A program made the position numbers and the translations under genes. The notes beneath the pieces were generated by a model. The model saw only the letters and a list, made by a program, of their open reading frames with translations, was not told the DNA's origin and ran no database searches. Positions 58,626 through 64,000 of a stretch of DNA of 64,000 nucleotides are shown here, one piece after another (the first letter of the stretch is position 1; every line of letters starts with the position of its first letter). Location of the stretch: contig JBDRQI010000031.1 in assembly GCA_043826355.1 (NCBI GenBank), forward strand, positions 48,403-112,402, written 5' to 3'. The stretch comes from Candidatus Omnitrophota bacterium (GTDB lineage: Bacteria; Ratteibacteria; UBA8468; MWAK01).

Positions 58626-59348
58626 ATGCCTTCCAAATTCCGCACCACTCCTCATAATCCCACGTTTTTCCGCAGAATAAAAAAGTTCATCAATCTGATG
58701 AAAGATGAACTTTTCCCGGGGAAACCAAAGAAGAGCCGGTTTTCCTGGGTTCTGGATGAAACCAGATATCTCAACTTTGAAAAAGTAAGCAAATTAAGGG
58801 AATCTTGCGAAAAAGCAAGGGGTTCTGCCTTAAAGAAAAAACAAATTATTCCTGTCAGGAACTGGTTTATGGTGGAACTGGGGCTCTTTACCGGCTTAAG
58901 GGTCTGCGAAATGGTCAACCTGCAATCTGCGGACCTGCATATTCAGGAAGAGCAGTCTTCCTTGACGGTCCAGGCGGGAAAAGGCGACAAGCCGCGAACC
59001 GTCTATTTCTCGGAAGCATTCAAGCATGAATGCCTTTTTTATTTGGAATGGAAAGAAAAACATATTCCCGGGATATATCTCTTCGCTAACCGGGAAGGAA
59101 AGCAACTGTCAAAGCGGACGCTTCAAAAGTCCTTCAAAAAATGTCTTGGATTGGCCGGACTGGAGAGCCACTACTCCATCCACAGCCTGCGCCATACTTA
59201 CGGCAGCCATCTCTACAAGGCAAGCGGCCACAATCTGCGGCTGGTTCAGGAGCAACTGGGCCACAGCAGCATCAGGACTACCCAGATCTACGCCAGTTTG
59301 ATGGACGAAGAAGTCAAGAAATCACTGGAAGAACTCTATCGCGAGTGA
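58626..59348 (+). CDS. Short tyrosine recombinase (catalytic domain only)
   Basis: GLRVCE, GKGDK, HSLRHT, QLGHSS, TQIY. Confidence 0.9.
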   Translation: MPSKFRTTPHNPTFFRRIKKFINLMKDELFPGKPKKSRFSWVLDETRYLNFEKVSKLRESCEKARGSALKKKQIIPVRNWFMVELGLFTGLRVCEMVNLQSADLHIQEEQSSLTVQAGKGDKPRTVYFSEAFKHECLFYLEWKEKHIPGIYLFANREGKQLSKRTLQKSFKKCLGLAGLESHYSIHSLRHTYGSHLYKASGHNLRLVQEQLGHSSIRTTQIYASLMDEEVKKSLEELYRE

Positions 59349-59365
59349 AAGGGGGTGAGCGAAAG

Positions 59366-59554
59366 ATGGCCGATAATGCGAAGAAGGCTTTCGACAAGGG
59401 ATATGCTGACGGGACAAAGAAAGCCGAAGCGGACAGGAATTCCAGCACCGTCGCAACCGCGATCGGGGAATTCATAAGTTCCTCTTACCGCGGCGATTCC
59501 AACTTTCCGGAATCCTACCGGGAAGGGTTTAAGCAAGGCAAGAAGAACAGTTAA
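59366..59554 (+). CDS. Small hypothetical protein
   Basis: GGGGGTGA RBS; AFDKGYADG and SYREGFKQG motifs. Confidence 0.55.
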   Translation: MADNAKKAFDKGYADGTKKAEADRNSSTVATAIGEFISSSYRGDSNFPESYREGFKQGKKNS

Positions 59555-59668
59555 AAAGATTTCGTAAAGAAAACAAACAGTGATTTACCGGAGGGGGTGG
59601 TTGGTGCGAAACATTTTTGTCTATTTTTTCGGGCAACAATTCAAGGAAAACAAAAACCGGAGGAGAAG

Positions 59669-60454
59669 ATGGTAAAGAAAATGGTTGTTGCGGGAGTTTT
59701 GTGTTTTACGCTCCTGGCTGCGGTCAGAAGTTTTGCCGAACCGCCGCAGGTGAATGCCTGGGAATTGGGAATCGGAGTATCGGGTTTCACCTACGACGAA
59801 CCGGGGTTGATGAAAGAAGAGGGCGTGTTGGTCGGACTCAAGGCTTCTTACGCGCACCGCAGAAAACTCATGCTCAAAGCAGAGGCGGAGATTGGTTTTG
59901 GCACAGTATCGTACGACGGATCAACCTGGGGAGGCGACCCGGTCACCGCGGATGGCGGCGATTACAAGTGGGAACTAAGGGGTCTGGTGGGTTACGATTT
60001 CGTTAAAGGGACTGTGCTTCTTACCCCTTACACCGGAATTGCGTACCGGTATTTGAACGACCAGCTTTCCGGCGTGGGGGCCTACGAAAGAGAATCGAAT
60101 TATTACTACAGCCCGATCGGCCTGGAAATAAACAAGGAATTCGCAAACGGCTGGTCCTGGAACACCACCCTGGAATACGACATCTTCTGGAACGGTCTGC
60201 AGGTGAGCCACCTGAGCGATGTGGACCCTGGCCTGAACGATATCAAAAATGACCAGACCGATGGTTACGGTTACCGGATTTCGATGAAATTCCAGAACAA
60301 GAACGGTTTTGGCATAGAACCCTACTACCGGTACTGGGACATCAAGCAATCGGACCCGGCGATCGTCACCTACGAAGGAACTCCGGTGGGTATCGGAGTG
60401 GAACCCAAGAACAATTCCCGGGAGATCGGCATTATGTTTTCCAAGAAGTTTTAA
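59669..60454 (+). CDS. Outer-membrane beta-barrel protein
   Basis: Signal peptide, aromatic-rich strands, C-terminal Phe. Confidence 0.75.
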   Translation: MVKKMVVAGVLCFTLLAAVRSFAEPPQVNAWELGIGVSGFTYDEPGLMKEEGVLVGLKASYAHRRKLMLKAEAEIGFGTVSYDGSTWGGDPVTADGGDYKWELRGLVGYDFVKGTVLLTPYTGIAYRYLNDQLSGVGAYERESNYYYSPIGLEINKEFANGWSWNTTLEYDIFWNGLQVSHLSDVDPGLNDIKNDQTDGYGYRISMKFQNKNGFGIEPYYRYWDIKQSDPAIVTYEGTPVGIGVEPKNNSREIGIMFSKKF

Positions 60455-60692
60455 CCGCCAGGGAAGTTTCTGAATATGATAAAACTTATTTCTGACCGCA
60501 GTCTGCCTTTTCCTGGCAGGCTGCGCCGAAGTGTCCGGTATGCTCGGCGACACCGGAGGAATCAATACCAGCGTCACTAGCGGAATCAGCGAGATAGTCA
60601 AGAGCGTTCCGGAGGACTATTACCGTTACAGTCCCGGGAAGAAATAGACAGTGTCTGATGAAACTCAAACGCGCAAGAGGAGAAAAATAAAT

Positions 60693-61178
60693 ATGAAAAG
60701 AACAAAGATTTGGGGGAGAATCGCCGCGGGTTTGATGATAGTGGGATTGGCCGGATGCGCCACAGCCGGGCTGCGGCAGGCCATGATACCGGAAAACGCG
60801 GCGCAGACGGATGCGGTGAACGTGACCATGAACGTTCTGCTGGAGAGGGGTTTTGTCCAACAAATGTCCCACCTGGGCGGAGGAGCGGCCGTAATGGCGG
60901 TTCTGGTCGGTCCTTTCAGCAACAACAAGATAGTTATGTTCGGCGAAATCAGGGAAAAAGGAGAGGGCGGCAAGGTTCTGGGTAACTTTTCCAAAGGCCT
61001 GGAATGGGGTGAAAACGAAGTAAGCGTTTCGACGCCTGTCAACAGCGAAATCAAGCTTTCGCTGCGGGTCGGAGGCACGCGTTCCGGAACCGGCGATATC
61101 GGAACAGTCGCGGTCGGAGACGGTCCAACCCAGACCATCCGCATTAAACTCACCGATAAAGGAGCAAATATAGAGTAA
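60693..61178 (+). CDS. Hypothetical lipoprotein
   Basis: Lipobox LAGC. Confidence 0.65.
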   Translation: MKRTKIWGRIAAGLMIVGLAGCATAGLRQAMIPENAAQTDAVNVTMNVLLERGFVQQMSHLGGGAAVMAVLVGPFSNNKIVMFGEIREKGEGGKVLGNFSKGLEWGENEVSVSTPVNSEIKLSLRVGGTRSGTGDIGTVAVGDGPTQTIRIKLTDKGANIE

Positions 61179-61228
61179 TTTACCGGTCATTCCTAATAAT
61201 AATTTCTGATAACTGAGGAGATACAACT

Positions 61229-61690
61229 ATGAAGAAGCTATTGATTATCTTGGTGCTTACTTTAGTTGTAACTGGTTGTGGAAAACTGAAAGAGGTTACC
61301 GCTCGAGAACCTACGGCAAACGCCTGTAAAAAAGTACTCGAAAACTCTTTAAAAGGATTATGGCAAGGGTATTATTCAGGTCAAGAGCGACTTCAAGTTT
61401 TATCGGCAGAAAAAATCCAGGCTTACGAGAAAACAGAAAATGGCACACCTGTTTGTTATGTTACTACCAGATTTAAAATAAAATACCTGATTTCCCTAGA
61501 CGATACTGTTCATGACCCGTATGGCCTGTACACCAACCTGACGTTTATTGGAAATACACTCTCCAACATTGCTCACGACCAAGTAGACTGTCCTGAGGGG
61601 AAAAAGGGGGAAATTAAATCAATAGTGTTCAAGGTTAGATTTGAAAAAACCAATAAAGGTTGGTTGGGCTGCGATGGGAATTTTTATTGA
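61229..61690 (+). CDS. Hypothetical lipoprotein
   Basis: GAGGAG RBS, lipobox VTGC. Confidence 0.7.
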   Translation: MKKLLIILVLTLVVTGCGKLKEVTAREPTANACKKVLENSLKGLWQGYYSGQERLQVLSAEKIQAYEKTENGTPVCYVTTRFKIKYLISLDDTVHDPYGLYTNLTFIGNTLSNIAHDQVDCPEGKKGEIKSIVFKVRFEKTNKGWLGCDGNFY

Positions 61691-62886
61691 TTCTTACTTG
61701 GCGGCAGCGTATCCGCGCTAAACGGCGTTGATGTTTTTCCATCCACCATCAGTTTCAAATAAATGCTGTAGCAGGGAAGATTAACCAGGTCTTCCTGGTC
61801 AAAGACCGGAAAGAACTCCTGAGTCAGGTACTTGGCGTCTTCGGCGCCGACCTTGAAAGAGACAAGGGTCCCGACATTGCCCAGAATTGCTCCCCGTATC
61901 TTTTCGTCTATCTGAGTCAGGTACTGGTTGGCCAGGATAAGGTTCAACCGGTATTTCCTGGCTTCCGAGAGAATGTCGGTGAAACTGCTGGTCGCAAAAC
62001 TCTGGAATTCATCCACGTAAAGATAGAAATCCTTCCTTTCTTCTTCGTCTACATTCTGCCTGCTTAAAGCGGTCAGGCCTATCTTGGCTATCAGCATTGC
62101 TCCCAAAAGAGAGGCCGAATCCTCTCCGATCATACCTTTGGCTAGATTCACCAGAAGAATCTTCCCTTCGTCCATTATTTTCCTCACATCAAAACCGCTC
62201 TTCGGCTGGCTGACAACCCTTCTTAAAACCGGATTAGACAAAAACTGCCCGATCTTATTCTGGATAGGCGAGATGGCTTCCTGCCGGAAATGGCTGGAGT
62301 ATTTTTCAAATTCGTTAAGCCAGAAGTTTTTTAACAGATTGTCTTCTAATTTCTCCACGACAACCTTCCGGAATTCTTTCTCGGACAAGAGCCTCTGTAG
62401 ATGAAGCAATGTAGAGTTAGGAAACTCAACCAGAGTAAGCAGGGCATTTCTTAAGATATACTCCATTCTCGGTCCCCAGGAATCATTCCAGATTTTCTTG
62501 AAGGCGCTGATTAAGAAAGAGACGACAAGGTGGGATTCGTAAGGATTGTTTACCTCCAGAGGATTGAAAGTAAGGGTCTCTTCGCTGTCCATCGGATTGA
62601 AATATATCAGGTCTTTAAGCCTGGATTTCGGGAGATTCTGAAGAACTTTTTTTATCAAATCTCCGTGCGGGTCCAAAAGCGCCAGGCCTTCGTTGTTCTT
62701 CAAATCTGAAGCGACCATGTTGGAAATCAGGGTGGATTTGCCGACCCCGGTTTTCCCGACAACGTACATGTGATACCGCCTGTCTTTTCTTTTAATCCCG
62801 AACTTCTTCTTTTCATTCCGGAAATTAGTCTCGGCAAAGATTGTAATTTTTTCATTTTCTGGTTTTAGCATGTTTTTTAAAGACAA
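61684..62886 (-). CDS. TraD/TrwB/HerA-like ATPase (T4SS coupling-protein-like)
   Basis: HMYVVGKTGVGKS, LDPHGD, LYVDEFQ, EARKY, ANQ. Confidence 0.82.
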   Translation of the reverse strand: MSLKNMLKPENEKITIFAETNFRNEKKKFGIKRKDRRYHMYVVGKTGVGKSTLISNMVASDLKNNEGLALLDPHGDLIKKVLQNLPKSRLKDLIYFNPMDSEETLTFNPLEVNNPYESHLVVSFLISAFKKIWNDSWGPRMEYILRNALLTLVEFPNSTLLHLQRLLSEKEFRKVVVEKLEDNLLKNFWLNEFEKYSSHFRQEAISPIQNKIGQFLSNPVLRRVVSQPKSGFDVRKIMDEGKILLVNLAKGMIGEDSASLLGAMLIAKIGLTALSRQNVDEEERKDFYLYVDEFQSFATSSFTDILSEARKYRLNLILANQYLTQIDEKIRGAILGNVGTLVSFKVGAEDAKYLTQEFFPVFDQEDLVNLPCYSIYLKLMVDGKTSTPFSADTLPPSKNQ

Positions 62887-63119
62887 AAAGGACTTGTGTC
62901 TCCACGCAAATTCTCCATTCTTGTGAGAAGGCCCTCCTTAAAGGTTTAATTAGCCCAGTTATTTTACATAAAGGCGACCTAATGAGATGGGCTTCATCTC
63001 TTTTAGGATCTGAAAACCTGTTCTTTAAGAATAATAAATAAGGAAGATTTTCAAGAAAAGACGGCCAAATTTACCTTTTCGGGTATTTTCTTCGGCCTTT
63101 AAAATCCAAAGGGGTGATT

Positions 63120-63305
63120 ATGTGGTTTAAGGTAAAGATGCTGACGGATTGGGAAGACCTGGGAAAGATTTTTAAGAAAGGAAAGATTTACCGGGCAAGA
63201 GAGCCTGAGCTTGAGAGCGAGTTCTACACGGACGGCTATTACCTTATTCCTAAAATGTATTGCGAAGTGGTGAAGACCATTCAGCGAAAGGAGGTGAAAT
63301 CATGA
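63120..63305 (+). CDS. Small hypothetical protein
   Basis: GGGGTGA RBS; stop overlaps the next ATG. Confidence 0.5.
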   Translation: MWFKVKMLTDWEDLGKIFKKGKIYRAREPELESEFYTDGYYLIPKMYCEVVKTIQRKEVKS

Positions 63306-64000
63306 ACACACGTATTCCTTTGACGATTGAGCAGTTGTGGACCATCGCACCGAGTATTTTTGCAGTTACACCGGTCAGCAATGTCAGTACCCGGTATTGT
63401 TTTGTCCCGACCATGCGGGTGATTGAGACCTTAGGGAAAACAGGTTGGTATCCGGTTTCGGCCCAGCAGACAAAGGCGCGCACTTCGGAAGGAATGATCT
63501 ACAAAAAACACCTGATTCGATTCGGACACGCCGACCTTCCGGCAATCAATGGATGCGCTCCGGAAATCGTGCTTTTAAACAGCCACGATACCACCAGTTC
63601 TTTCTGTCTGATGAGCGGTCTCTTCCGGTTCGCCTGCTTAAATGGTCTGCTGGTTTATGATGCGATGTTCTCCGCGTTTGTGATTCGGCACATCGGCTAT
63701 CGGGACCAGCAAATTTTGGAAGCTGAATACAGACTGGTTGACGAATTTCCACGCATCAGCCGGAGAATTTCCGAATTCCAGAATATTCCGTTGAGTTGGG
63801 AAGAAAGAATTGATTTTGCCGGTTCTGCGGCTCGCGTAAGATGGCATACAGAAGTTCCTGCCATCAACCCGGTTGATCTTCTTGTTTCTCGAAGATCCGA
63901 AGATGCCGGTGAAACCCTTTGGACAGTCCTGAACGTTATTCAGGAAAACCTGTTTCGGGGAGGGATAGCCGGTTTCTCCAGAAAAAACACAGCGAGACGA
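63302..64000 (+). CDS. DUF932/DUF945 domain protein (runs off the window; absent from the ORF track)
   Basis: APSIFA..S.RY.FVPT, KHLIRF, EIVLLNSHD, GLFRFACLNGL; AGGAGG RBS. Confidence 0.85.
   Translation, partial: MNTRIPLTIEQLWTIAPSIFAVTPVSNVSTRYCFVPTMRVIETLGKTGWYPVSAQQTKARTSEGMIYKKHLIRFGHADLPAINGCAPEIVLLNSHDTTSSFCLMSGLFRFACLNGLLVYDAMFSAFVIRHIGYRDQQILEAEYRLVDEFPRISRRISEFQNIPLSWEERIDFAGSAARVRWHTEVPAINPVDLLVSRRSEDAGETLWTVLNVIQENLFRGGIAGFSRKNTARR

Overview
Bacterial window, probably from a diderm, anaerobe-like organism; the taxon cannot be determined from sequence alone. It has four parts. (1) 1-10.8 kb: an AbiEi/AbiEii type IV toxin-antitoxin pair, then phoR-phoB divergent from porin-pstSCAB-phoU (with a four-repeat Pho-box-like array), then a CoA-disulfide-reductase-like gene. 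(2) About 10.8-31 kb: a mosaic of unrelated accessory genes downstream of a minus-strand tRNA-His. It is punctuated by a dispersed modular repeat made of a 28-bp att-like site in register with the tRNA-His 3' end, an orphan recombinase-like C-terminal tail, conserved boxes, and a sigma70-type promoter pointing into the next cargo gene. No intact cognate recombinase is present in the window. This is the best candidate for an undescribed gene-accretion system. (3) 31-48.6 kb: fba; a split (archaeal-type) glutamate synthase cluster with glnA and a PEP/pyruvate-binding-domain gene, under ANTAR-like hairpin/terminator leaders; a CsgG-like lipoprotein; and two DUF2294/MpsC genes around a structured leader upstream of GTP-PEPCK and an aminotransferase. 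(4) 48.7-64 kb: integrative elements, including a tyrosine integrase ending inside a 5'-half tRNA-Ser(GCT), a defence island (second AbiE pair, Abi_C, AbiJ/HEPN-like, HNH, GHKL-HEPN fusion), a second recombinase, a TraD/TrwB-like ATPase and a DUF932 gene. All protein calls come from motif recognition by eye; no searches were run.
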